IMG/VR virus record: IMGVR_UViG_3300045988_117149
Length of the DNA: 64,000 nucleotides
Origin: a virus
Strand: one strand, 5' to 3'
Of the stretch, positions 42,754 through 51,485 are shown piece by piece. Under the pieces are notes generated by a model, which was given only the letters and a program-made list of their open reading frames with translations, made no database searches and had not been told where the DNA came from. A program made the translations under genes and the position numbers. Position 1 is the first letter of the stretch, and each line of letters starts with the position of its first letter.

Positions 42754-43308
42754 TTAATCTTCCTCTTTAGCGGCCTTCTTCTTTTTCTTGTCTTTCTTTT
42801 TATCGGCCTTCTTTTCCTTTTTATCGGAAGCAGGTTTTTCTTTTACCTTTTCCTTTTTTGCCTTCTTGGCTTCCTTCTCCTCCTTGGGAGCATTACCTGA
42901 AGCAAGCTTTCTTTGCTCCATACGGTATTTTTTCTTTTCGGCAGAAGTCATTTCCCGGCCATCGATAAGAGGGTAATCGTATTTGGTAGCAGTTCTACCA
43001 GCAGATTTCTTTTCCTTCTTCTCTTCTTTTTTTCCGGACTTCTCTTTTTCCTTCTTCTCTTTGAGTTTTACCAACTTCTTGTTGTTGTCGGCATCCTTTT
43101 CCGGATAGGCAGCAGCAACCTTATCTCTTTCCTTGTTCAACTTGTTAACAAGTTCGGTAATCTTCTTACCATGTTTCTTGTCCTTGGTCCAATCTTTAGT
43201 TGGGTCCAACTTGTTCTCTTTGAGATAAGCATCCAAAGCTTTCTTTGCCTTTGTGAGTTCTGGAGTCTTGGATTCCGGTTTACTCTTCTTGTCTTCTTTC
43301 TTAGCCAT
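42754..43308 (-). CDS. extremely lysine-rich protein (184 aa)
   Basis: Runs such as KEKKEKEKSGKKEEKKEKKS and KKEKKADKKKDKKKKKAAKEED. Flanked by a terminator. Confidence 0.6.
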   Translation of the reverse strand: MAKKEDKKSKPESKTPELTKAKKALDAYLKENKLDPTKDWTKDKKHGKKITELVNKLNKERDKVAAAYPEKDADNNKKLVKLKEKKEKEKSGKKEEKKEKKSAGRTATKYDYPLIDGREMTSAEKKKYRMEQRKLASGNAPKEEKEAKKAKKEKVKEKPASDKKEKKADKKKDKKKKKAAKEED

Positions 43309-43361
43309 TTTCTTAAAATTTTATGGTGAATAATGAATATCCGATTTACATAATACCATAG

Positions 43362-43742
43362 TTATACTTCCCTTATTTGGGTTGGGATTTCCTTAATTTC
43401 TAGGATATTTATTTCTACTCCCTCCATGATAGCCCTTACTTGCATGATGTCTACTATCTCTTGCTGAGTGAGATTAGTAAAAGTTTGTTCAAAAGTTTTT
43501 GTATTTATGGGAGTAGCTACTTGATATGTAACGGTTAGTATGGTACCTTTTAGTTTATTAGTTAACCTGTCCATTAAACCCTTGAGTTTTCTTTTCAGAT
43601 AATCTAATCTTAACTTATGCCTTTGCCAATCACCTTTCTTACCTTTGTTCAGGGCTATGCTCATTTGGTAGTGAGTGAACTGAATATCATTTCTTACTAC
43701 CTTGATACTTGATAGGAGGGTTCTTATGTTTACTTCTTCCAT
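43362..43742 (-). CDS. hypothetical protein (126 aa)
   Basis: ORF-track ORF. Confidence 0.5.
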   Translation of the reverse strand: MEEVNIRTLLSSIKVVRNDIQFTHYQMSIALNKGKKGDWQRHKLRLDYLKRKLKGLMDRLTNKLKGTILTVTYQVATPINTKTFEQTFTNLTQQEIVDIMQVRAIMEGVEINILEIKEIPTQIREV

Positions 43743-43951
43743 TTTGGTCTTGGTATTACTTGGTTATTTACTTCCTGGGTTTCTTCTGATAGCATTAATC
43801 TTGCCTCATTTATTATATCAATAGCAAGTTCCCTTTCATCTGGTCCCAGGTTTAATTGTTTATCTTCTAGTGCATCAGTATAAGTATTTATTAGATTATC
43901 TAATGCAAGTATTCTAATATTCTTTCGAATAGCTAATCTTTCTTGGTCCAT
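43730..43951 (-). CDS. hypothetical protein (73 aa)
   Basis: ORF-track ORF. Confidence 0.45.
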   Translation of the reverse strand: MDQERLAIRKNIRILALDNLINTYTDALEDKQLNLGPDERELAIDIINEARLMLSEETQEVNNQVIPRPKWKK

Positions 43952-44100
43952 ACTGGTATAAAAATTAAAAGCCCACTACCTTCGCAGGCAATGAGCTTTT
44001 GGCTGAACAACGTCCTAAGTGTGAGTGAGGGGTTGTTACTACGTATAACATTAACTTTCTAAACCTAAACCATTGGTTTGGCGGTAATTAGAGAAAATAA

Positions 44101-44481
44101 TCAGTCCTCAGATTCTTCTTCTGATTCCTCGCCTTTGTTCTTCTTGTTCTTGGGAGAACAGATAACTCCGTGGTTCTTCTTTGACTTAACTGTCAGATTA
44201 CCAGGAACGAAGGAAACTGAAGTAGAGATTGGTTTACCATCGGTTACCAGAACGGAAGTAACCACTACTCCCTGATAACCTTCCTTGTTCTTTACGGCAT
44301 AACCGTAGTTACGAACTTCGGATTTTTCGTTGATGGCAATAACGTCAATCTGTTTACTGTTCGGACGTTGCTCTGCCGGTCTGTTTTTCAGTGCCTCTTG
44401 ACGAGCTTTACGTTTAGCTTCTTTCTCAGCATCTTTTTCTGCACCCTTTTTCTTGGTGTCTTCTTTTTTCTTTGTTGCCAT
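44101..44481 (-). CDS. protein with basic N-terminus and acidic tail (126 aa)
   Basis: MATKKKEDTKKKGAEKDAEKEAKRKARQ... ending in GEESEEESED. Raised GC. Confidence 0.55.
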   Translation of the reverse strand: MATKKKEDTKKKGAEKDAEKEAKRKARQEALKNRPAEQRPNSKQIDVIAINEKSEVRNYGYAVKNKEGYQGVVVTSVLVTDGKPISTSVSFVPGNLTVKSKKNHGVICSPKNKKNKGEESEEESED

Positions 44482-44544
44482 GATTTCTATGGTTTTTAAT
44501 GATTAAAAATTTTGAGTATAACTTCTACGTTTGGTAATAGTTAA

Positions 44545-44568
44545 AAGGGATGGAATTACCCATCCCTT
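44545..44568 (-). terminator. hairpin terminator after the acidic-protein gene
   Basis: AAGGGATGG / CCATCCCTT 9-bp stem with a 6-nt loop. On the minus strand it is followed by TTTAACTATT. Confidence 0.55.
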
Positions 44569-44592
44569 AAATCTTGAATACTGTTACCAAGT

Positions 44593-45105
44593 TTACTTTT
44601 TTCCTTTTTTGCCTTTTCCTTTGGCTTCCTTCTTTGCCGGCAATTTGAGACCGAGTTCCTTGGCAATTGCCTTGCGGAGTTTCTCGATATCGTCTTCGTC
44701 AAAGTCGTCTGGGTCAGTTTCAAGGTCCTTGTCATCGCAGACATCTTCCAGTTCTTCGAAGTCCATTTCGGCAAGAGCTTCGGCAGTCAGTTCCTCTTCC
44801 TCCTCGTCTTCGTCATCGTCATCAGAGTCCTCATCGTCGTCTTCCTCTTCCTCGTCGTCATCGGAATCATCTTCATCTTCGTCCTCATCATCCGAATCGT
44901 CATCATCGTCATCTGATTCTTCCTCCTCTTCTTCGTCATCGTCTTCTTCCTCTGAACCGAAGAGATCTTCAGCTTCCTCCTTGGTGAGTTTGATAGGAGC
45001 AGGGATAATTACTACTGAACCATCTTCGTAAGTGATGATTATTGCACCATTGATTTCTTTTCTGGAAACTTCTTTCAGTTCCACTTCTTTTTTCTTCTTA
45101 GCCAT
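44593..45105 (-). CDS. poly-acidic protein with lysine-rich termini (170 aa)
   Basis: About 55 consecutive D/E/S residues (EEEDDDEEEEEESDDDDDDSDDEDEDEDDSDDDEEEEDDDEDSDDDDEDEEEEE). N-terminal MAKKKKE, C-terminal KKEAKGKGKKGKK. Confidence 0.65.
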   Translation of the reverse strand: MAKKKKEVELKEVSRKEINGAIIITYEDGSVVIIPAPIKLTKEEAEDLFGSEEEDDDEEEEEESDDDDDDSDDEDEDEDDSDDDEEEEDDDEDSDDDDEDEEEEELTAEALAEMDFEELEDVCDDKDLETDPDDFDEDDIEKLRKAIAKELGLKLPAKKEAKGKGKKGKK

Positions 45106-45143
45106 TTTCGTAATGTTTAAGTTGGTTAATTAATAAATTTATA

Positions 45144-45383
45144 TCACTCTGTTATAAGTTTCTTGGTTAGCTTAAGAAAACCCTCTAATTGAGCATGTGC
45201 ATCATTATATTGTTTAATGCTATCAAGAGTTGTCTTTAATTCTTCTTGAGACTCAATAGTTACCGTTTCGGTATTAACTACTTGGTCAACCTGATTATAG
45301 GTAAGTATCTTAAAAGTCTTACCCATAAAAGGGTTTAGTGGTTTATGTGTAACCAGGTTTGTTTTTGATAATTTATCATTCAT
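45144..45383 (-). CDS. hypothetical protein (79 aa)
   Basis: ORF-track ORF. Confidence 0.45.
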   Translation of the reverse strand: MNDKLSKTNLVTHKPLNPFMGKTFKILTYNQVDQVVNTETVTIESQEELKTTLDSIKQYNDAHAQLEGFLKLTKKLITE

Positions 45384-46008
45384 TGCTGTATTGAATTTTA
45401 GTTATTCCAGGAATACCAACCTTTCCGAATACTTCGGTATAAAATTTGTATTTCCCTTTTTGCATTGTTTTATAGTTATCGGCTAATCTAACTGGGTATA
45501 CCCAATATTGATTTTCTATCATCCGATTGGTCATTATGTAAGCATAAGCCTTTCGGATTTTTATATTCTCTAAAGGAACAAAGCATTGAAATAATAGAGA
45601 CTTCTTGATATGCCTTTCTTTGGGCAAATATCCCATAAACCTAATAGATGCCTCATCGAATATTTCAATCATATCCCTTTGTGCTTTGATAAATAGTACT
45701 TTCTGTATTGGGATATTCATTTTCTTTCTCAGATATAAAGCCAATGAACCTACCAATGGTGGGTACTGTAAGAATAATAGGTTGAATTTAACCTTCTCCT
45801 CTTGACTCAGCCTCTCGTAAATCCTGTAAGATAGAAGAATAGATTTGTAATCTCTTCTGCTTCGTATAGGCGGGAGATATGCCTTGCCGTTGTCCATAGA
45901 GTTTGATTGAGTATCTTTCATCGAATGCCTTTTTTCCTTTTGACTTAAAGACCCGGTGCATTTGAACCATGAATCTTCTTCGTCGGTGTTTATCAATCTT
46001 ATATTCAT
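45376..46008 (-). CDS. hypothetical basic protein (up to 210 aa; start uncertain)
   Basis: ORF-track ORF. Its first 73 codons overlap 45788..46351 in another frame, so either a later Met or a frameshift is involved. Confidence 0.4.
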   Translation of the reverse strand: MNIRLINTDEEDSWFKCTGSLSQKEKRHSMKDTQSNSMDNGKAYLPPIRSRRDYKSILLSYRIYERLSQEEKVKFNLLFLQYPPLVGSLALYLRKKMNIPIQKVLFIKAQRDMIEIFDEASIRFMGYLPKERHIKKSLLFQCFVPLENIKIRKAYAYIMTNRMIENQYWVYPVRLADNYKTMQKGKYKFYTEVFGKVGIPGITKIQYSNE

Positions 46009-46351
46009 CTGGTATTATGAATTTCTTTGCCCTAACGAATTTACCCTTAAACCAGAATTTAGTAGCTCCCCTTTTTAAGAGTTTACCATTCATGTCGGAT
46101 AATTCTCTAATACCTTGTTGCAAGAGTTTCCTTCCAGATATAATATGAATATATTGTAGGACATCTACCCCATATAAGTAAACCAGGGTAACCTTTACAT
46201 GGTGTCTAGTAAAGTATGGTATACCAGTTAGATGTTTCCGATATAATTTCTTCTCGGTGATAATCTTATTGGTTGTATCTGGTCGCCATGTCCATATATA
46301 ATATCTATCTGGAAGAATAGGCCCAATATTACTTTCCTTTAGCTTTACCAT
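45788..46351 (-). CDS. hypothetical basic protein (187 aa)
   Basis: ORF-track ORF. See the overlap note on 45376..46008. Confidence 0.45.
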   Translation of the reverse strand: MVKLKESNIGPILPDRYYIWTWRPDTTNKIITEKKLYRKHLTGIPYFTRHHVKVTLVYLYGVDVLQYIHIISGRKLLQQGIRELSDMNGKLLKRGATKFWFKGKFVRAKKFIIPDEYKIDKHRRRRFMVQMHRVFKSKGKKAFDERYSIKLYGQRQGISPAYTKQKRLQIYSSILQDLREAESRGEG

Positions 46352-46907
46352 TGATATTCCTCTTTGCCATCCTATACCAAAGATTAATAGATTTCTCGTT
46401 TGCTTCAGGGAACTTCTTTTTCATCCTTCGAATAATTCTATCGATATCAAACCCCTTTGCAGTTAATTCCCATACATAGGATTTCTTAGTACCCTTGATG
46501 AGATTAAATTCATCCCTTTCTCTGGGTGGCTTTTTCTCTCTTGGCTTCTTTATCCCGGGAACCCGTTTAGTTCTTCTTTGCCCGTTTTCCCCTTCCTCTC
46601 CGAGAAACCCAAGCCTTAATCGTGAATTCCTTAATGGGTCATCCTTCGAATAACCAATCGTTTCCAATTGTTTATCCATCCAATCATCGTACTTATCAAT
46701 TAAGGATTTATCTGGTCTCTCTTCTGAACTTTGAATGTAATGTAATAAATCAAATACTCCAGCAGAGCAGGCATCTGGAAAAGGCATACCCAGTATAATG
46801 GCTTTCCTTTTCAAATCCTTGTAAGTCATGTTTCTCCCGGATGCTCCGAGAAAATTGGATTTCTCTTTGGATGGAGCTTTCAGGTCTTTTCTTTTCTTTT
46901 TTGCCAT
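46329..46907 (-). CDS. hypothetical basic protein (192 aa)
   Basis: ORF-track ORF with its own promoter at 46944. Confidence 0.5.
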   Translation of the reverse strand: MAKKKRKDLKAPSKEKSNFLGASGRNMTYKDLKRKAIILGMPFPDACSAGVFDLLHYIQSSEERPDKSLIDKYDDWMDKQLETIGYSKDDPLRNSRLRLGFLGEEGENGQRRTKRVPGIKKPREKKPPRERDEFNLIKGTKKSYVWELTAKGFDIDRIIRRMKKKFPEANEKSINLWYRMAKRNINGKAKGK

Positions 46908-46943
46908 ATCTATAATATTTTTAAGTATTCATTAAATTGTATG

Positions 46944-46951
46944 CAAATATA
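46944..46951 (-). promoter_or_regulatory. -7 box TATATTTG (minus strand)
   Basis: Minus strand reads TTTTATATTTGCATACAAT, 37 nt upstream of ATG 46907. Confidence 0.6.
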
Positions 46952-46984
46952 AAAATAATATTTTAAATAAAAATACATTCTTAC

Positions 46985-47962
46985 TTATTTCTTATAAAAA
47001 TCCGAGGTTTTTGCCCGGTCCACAGCAGTGGATTTGGGTTTCTTCGGTTTTTTATGTGTGTGGATATTATAGGCCATATCCAATTTCTTGATATTGAATT
47101 CTATGTTATTCACAGAATTATAGTTCAATGCTTTTTCCACACAGCATCTGTACTCAGGCCAGAATTTTTGTCCCAGTTTTACAGACTCGGTTTTAATCAT
47201 AAACTTAGATACCATGAAACCAAAAGTATCGGCATCATCCCGAGTTTCGAACACATACATATAGAATCTACTAAATTCATCGATTACCTCTTGCAATGGT
47301 CTTACTGGCAATAATAAGTAACCATCTGTGTATAGTTCTTCGGATATTAAGGCTACCCAGTATTTCTTTTTGCCGGGTTTTACCTTATACCTAAATCTCT
47401 CTCTGAGTTTAGTGTGCATCCAATCTGGTACCCTATTAAGTAGGTATTTGATGTATATCTTATCCTTCTTATTCGAACGTCTTTTAAACGCAGAAGGCTG
47501 TTGTAGCATCCTTGGTAGTATTCTAAAATTATTCCATCTATCAAATTCAAGAATTAATCTTAGAGTATCTTTATCCCATTCATCTTCTGACTCTTTCAAC
47601 CGTTTCATATTTCTCTCGATGTTCTTGGTATTTACCTTCGGGAGTAATTGGGCAGAGTCTCCGGTATATAGGCTTGCTTCTTTCCTTTTTAACCGTTTCT
47701 CTAAACATCCTTCCATGTAATCTTGAAAGTTTCTTTCACAAGGACAGTCTGGTCGAAAGATAGAAGTGTGTTTCTCAAAAAAATCCGAGAACAGCCTAAA
47801 GAATTTCTCTGACCTTTCTCGGATTTCAAGATACTTGTAATGAGACAACTTTAAAATTTCACCAGCTTCCCATGAAGACTTACTTTCTGATAGTTGAAGG
47901 AATAAAGATTGTTGTTCTTTGTCTATTAAACAACTCCATGCTTTCTTTTGAGCTTCATTCAT
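46985..47962 (-). CDS. putative transcription regulator with N-terminal sigma-region-4-like HTH (325 aa)
   Basis: LIDKEQQSLFLQLSESKSSWEAGEILKLSHYKYLEIRERS resembles the L..e..v..l....g.s..EIa..l.is pattern of region 4/LuxR HTH domains. Adjacent to the NusG-like gene. Confidence 0.3.
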   Translation of the reverse strand: MNEAQKKAWSCLIDKEQQSLFLQLSESKSSWEAGEILKLSHYKYLEIRERSEKFFRLFSDFFEKHTSIFRPDCPCERNFQDYMEGCLEKRLKRKEASLYTGDSAQLLPKVNTKNIERNMKRLKESEDEWDKDTLRLILEFDRWNNFRILPRMLQQPSAFKRRSNKKDKIYIKYLLNRVPDWMHTKLRERFRYKVKPGKKKYWVALISEELYTDGYLLLPVRPLQEVIDEFSRFYMYVFETRDDADTFGFMVSKFMIKTESVKLGQKFWPEYRCCVEKALNYNSVNNIEFNIKKLDMAYNIHTHKKPKKPKSTAVDRAKTSDFYKK

Positions 47963-47966
47963 AACA

Positions 47967-48680
47967 CTATCGTCTAAAATTAATTAAATTATCTATCGCT
48001 TCACTGGTAATCTGATTTGGGTCAAAATCTCCCTGATTAGCATAAAGCTTATCTGGATCATGGTTATAGTAAACACTGTAGATTACATTATCGAATGGCA
48101 ACCATACCTCCATTCTTCCCATCTCTGGGTATATAAGTACTTTTACCCTCTTACATAAATGATCAACTTCTAATACAGTAGCATCTATCCCCTCATAAGG
48201 ATACCCACGTAGTACTAAGTAATCCCCAGGGTTTACTTTGACTAAATCTTCAACTGAAAACCTTTTGTTCTCTTTAGAGAGTCTTCTAAATCTCCTTACT
48301 TCCTTTCTGCTTGCAGTAGCCACCAATGAAAAATCATCAAAGTCTTCGCCATTATCGATTCTAACTTTCTTTTTCCTTTGGTGCATTGTCTCTGTATTCC
48401 TCAACCAAGTTCTGATACCAGATATATTCCTTCGTAATTTGTTGAGAAAGGGTCTAGAGAATGCAAGTTCAGTTGGCATCTTCATAAAACCATAGTTGAA
48501 TAATACTGGTACTTCTTCAAATATCATCTTACCTTTTATGGTTTTCTTCAATACACTTACTGTAGGGATAATCGCCTTAAGTTGGTCATACCCCTTTTCC
48601 TTGAGTTCTTGATTAATCCTATCGGAGTACTTTCTTTCGATATAAAAGATGCAATACGAATATGGGGTACGTTTCTTCAT
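47967..48680 (-). CDS. nusG: NusG/UpxY-like transcription antitermination factor (237 aa)
   Basis: NGN-like N-terminus (YSYCIFYIERKYSDRINQELKEKGYDQLKAIIPTV...VPVLFNYGFMKMP) and a KOW-like motif (VNPGDYLVLRGYPYEGIDATVLEVD). Confidence 0.55.
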   Translation of the reverse strand: MKKRTPYSYCIFYIERKYSDRINQELKEKGYDQLKAIIPTVSVLKKTIKGKMIFEEVPVLFNYGFMKMPTELAFSRPFLNKLRRNISGIRTWLRNTETMHQRKKKVRIDNGEDFDDFSLVATASRKEVRRFRRLSKENKRFSVEDLVKVNPGDYLVLRGYPYEGIDATVLEVDHLCKRVKVLIYPEMGRMEVWLPFDNVIYSVYYNHDPDKLYANQGDFDPNQITSEAIDNLINFRR

Positions 48681-48683
48681 GGC

Positions 48684-49205
48684 TTAGGAGTTTTTAAGAA
48701 TTAATTTTGCTTGCTTATGAATTAACTTATATGGAGTTCTTAATACTTCACTAGCCATAAATACCATAAGAGTATTTCCAGGTACTTGTATATACATTAC
48801 CCTATCAACGTATTGGGCAATTAAATCTCCCAACTTGATACCTACAACAAAAAAGAATTCCTCTGCAGGCATAGAGTTATATCTCATACAAAGAATAGGC
48901 ACCTTATTACCTCTCTTTGCATCTTTAGAAGCTTGTTCCCAGAATTTGAGTATATCACAACCTTTGTTACCAAGCAGTATATGTTCAAACTTAATCTCTT
49001 TATAATTTTTACACTCAACAGATATCTTACATCTATGAGCATGTCTTTCATCGGTACAGGTAAGGTCTGAAGTAGAATCCTTATTCGAATGCCAAGCTCC
49101 TGAGCCTGCCCGATTTCTTTCAAACTTAAACCCGGTCCACTTTGTAAAAAACCCAGCTATTTTCCTTTCAAATCTTGAACCCTTATTTTTGCTGTTTATT
49201 GACAT
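48684..49205 (-). CDS. PD-(D/E)xK nuclease, Holliday-junction-resolvase-like (173 aa)
   Basis: KGSRFERKIAGFF... D-x(n)-E-C-K (SDLTCTD...SVECKNYKE) pattern. Lies in the recombination module. Confidence 0.45.
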   Translation of the reverse strand: MSINSKNKGSRFERKIAGFFTKWTGFKFERNRAGSGAWHSNKDSTSDLTCTDERHAHRCKISVECKNYKEIKFEHILLGNKGCDILKFWEQASKDAKRGNKVPILCMRYNSMPAEEFFFVVGIKLGDLIAQYVDRVMYIQVPGNTLMVFMASEVLRTPYKLIHKQAKLILKNS

Positions 49206-49743
49206 AACAAAATTTATCTTTATACTTAATAAGACCCTTACCTTTCAAGATTCTACGAACTGAAGAAATATGAATCGGTAATATGTTAGCTATCTCTCTT
49301 ACACTTAAACCTTGATTATAAAGATTATGTACATCGTTATAATAAATAATCTTATTTGGGGTTGGTAAACAACCATCAAACCAAGCCTGTAAAGTATTAT
49401 CTAACTCAGTACCCCATTTAAGATTTTTAACTCTGCAATCCCTTTTGTTATTATTAAGGTGCATTACTACTGGTAGACCATCTGGGTTAGGAAGGTAAAT
49501 AGTAGCTACTAAACGATGTAATAACCAAGATTTTAAATCTATCTTACACTTTAAATAACTGTCGGGTTTACCATCTGAATATACAGAAATCCTTACCCAT
49601 TTGAAATCTCCAAGATATCTGTAAACTCTACCATTTTTAGAAACATAATAATTATGACCTGGTACATTGGGTTTCCATTTAGGCCTAATTATTATGTTTC
49701 TACCATGTTTTATAGCAGAGTATAAATTACTAAAGGTTTTCAT
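49183..49743 (-). mobile_element. free-standing HNH homing endonuclease (NUMOD4 + HNH_3 + C-terminal HTH), 186 aa
   Basis: YYVSKNGRVYRY (NUMOD4-like), LHRLVATIYLPNP...VMHLNNNKRDCRVKNLKWGT (HNH_3), LSVREIANILPIHISSVRRIL (HTH). Confidence 0.65.
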
Positions 49744-49772
49744 CTTCCTGTCTTGTTAAAGTTTATATACCA

Positions 49773-51485
49773 TTATAGTAATTGGTACCTACTAAGGCCG
49801 TTGGTTTTTTCCACTTGCAGGATTTTCGTATTACCAAGAGGAAGTGAGTCTAAATGAGTAATTAAGAATAGGGTTTTATCTTTGAATATATGTCTTATCA
49901 GGGAAGTTACAACCTCAACGTTATCTGAACTCAAAGATTCAAATACCTCATCTAAGAAAGCAAGATTTATACCTTTAGATGCAGTAAGAGCTTCATTCAT
50001 TGCAAAAGCCATTGCCACATTAACTAATTGTTTTTCTCCACCGCTAAGTTCATCATAATCAATGATTTGCCCATCTCTTTCAATAAGAGTAACAAATTCT
50101 TTTCTAGCAGTTCCTAAATCGATATTAAACTCTATCCTAAAACCTAATACCTCTGCATACTTATCCAAGCATTTGTTTAAGAACTCAAGTGATGAATCAA
50201 ATAAATATGCCTTGATTCCGTTATTTCCCAATGGGTCATTGATTAACCAATTGTAATTCTCTAACTCTGCTTCTTTGTTATGAAAGTCTTCATCAACCTT
50301 CCGTAAATTTTTCCTAATCTCTCTAAGCTTTTGTTTATACTTGGGAGACATGACTTTAAGTTTCTCTGCTTTGAGTTTAGATAAATCCTCATCAACAGTA
50401 GCAATGTCAGAAGCAATATCATCACATTCAGATTTTAGTTTCCTATACTTATCATTAACACTACTTAATTCCTCTAACCTCTCTAAAGCCTCTTGATACT
50501 CTTTATCATATTTGTCAAGGTCAGAGAATGCCTTATATATTGATTTAGCATCTCGCAATGCACGTTTGTAGTGGCCAGCTTCTAACTGTATTACTAACTC
50601 TTTAATTACCTTCTTAAGAGGTACATTAGATAAACTCTTAGCATCTTTTATCTTACCTCTTAAGTCCAAGATTACCTTATTCTGTTTCTTAATCTTTATC
50701 TGAATAGAAGCATCTACTTCATCCTTAATCTGTTTCTGTTTCTGTATAAGTAACGAAGTTAGCTTTTCTCTATCTTGCTTTAGTTCTCTCCGTTCTTCTT
50801 TTATACGTTTCTTAAAAGACTTTTCCCTGTCACGTAAATCAAAGTAAGCCTCTTTGTTAACCTCTAATTCCCTTTTAAGAATTTGAGATTGGTGTTCTAC
50901 CTCGTTTATCTGGGCAATTACATTATTCTTATCCTGCAATGCAATGCCTTTGGCAAGGTTTAAGAATTCTAAGTCAAATACTTCTTCGAATATCTTTTTC
51001 TTATCCGAATTAGATTCTTGTATAAGTCGTTTGATACCTTGTCCGAACATGATTGAATTCATGAACAGTGTATATGATAACCCTATTTCTCTATTTATTA
51101 CGTCCTGGATTTTACCTTTCCCTTTTACATCGATAGTATCACCATCCTTGATAATGATAAGCCTATCTTTCCCTTTAGACCCATCATCAAGTAAACCGTC
51201 ATACTTCTGACAACGTATTACTTTATATGTATGAGAATCTTTTTGAAAGTATACCTGGACTTTGGTACCTTGGTATTCTTTGGGTCTTATCTGTTTCCAG
51301 GTGTTTACCTCAGATACACCCTTTAGGTTTTTCCCATATATTGCCCATACCAATGCAGATAAGATAGTTGACTTACCTTTCCCATTTGGTGCCTTGATTA
51401 GCATGATACAAGTGGGGTTTAATTGTAAGTGTAGGGATTCTATTGAACAAAAACCCTCTACATCCATATTTAGGAATGTTAACAT
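49773..51485 (-). CDS. sbcC: SbcC/Rad50-like (T4 gp46-like) recombination ATPase
   Basis: Walker A APNGKGKSTIL, a long central coiled coil, signature LSGGEKQLV, and Walker B LAFLDEVF. Confidence 0.85.
   Translation of the reverse strand: MLTFLNMDVEGFCSIESLHLQLNPTCIMLIKAPNGKGKSTILSALVWAIYGKNLKGVSEVNTWKQIRPKEYQGTKVQVYFQKDSHTYKVIRCQKYDGLLDDGSKGKDRLIIIKDGDTIDVKGKGKIQDVINREIGLSYTLFMNSIMFGQGIKRLIQESNSDKKKIFEEVFDLEFLNLAKGIALQDKNNVIAQINEVEHQSQILKRELEVNKEAYFDLRDREKSFKKRIKEERRELKQDREKLTSLLIQKQKQIKDEVDASIQIKIKKQNKVILDLRGKIKDAKSLSNVPLKKVIKELVIQLEAGHYKRALRDAKSIYKAFSDLDKYDKEYQEALERLEELSSVNDKYRKLKSECDDIASDIATVDEDLSKLKAEKLKVMSPKYKQKLREIRKNLRKVDEDFHNKEAELENYNWLINDPLGNNGIKAYLFDSSLEFLNKCLDKYAEVLGFRIEFNIDLGTARKEFVTLIERDGQIIDYDELSGGEKQLVNVAMAFAMNEALTASKGINLAFLDEVFESLSSDNVEVVTSLIRHIFKDKTLFLITHLDSLPLGNTKILQVEKTNGLSRYQLL

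Noticed and set aside
42788-43329. Plus-strand F/L/S-rich ORFs opposite the lysine-rich gene.
   Set aside because: They are an antisense artefact of AAG/AAA-rich coding sequence.
44531-45031. Plus-strand 166-aa poly-serine ORF, and 44667..44987 in another frame.
   Set aside because: They are antisense to the GA-rich triplet repeat that encodes the poly-acidic protein. That gene has a proper start, terminator and operon context.
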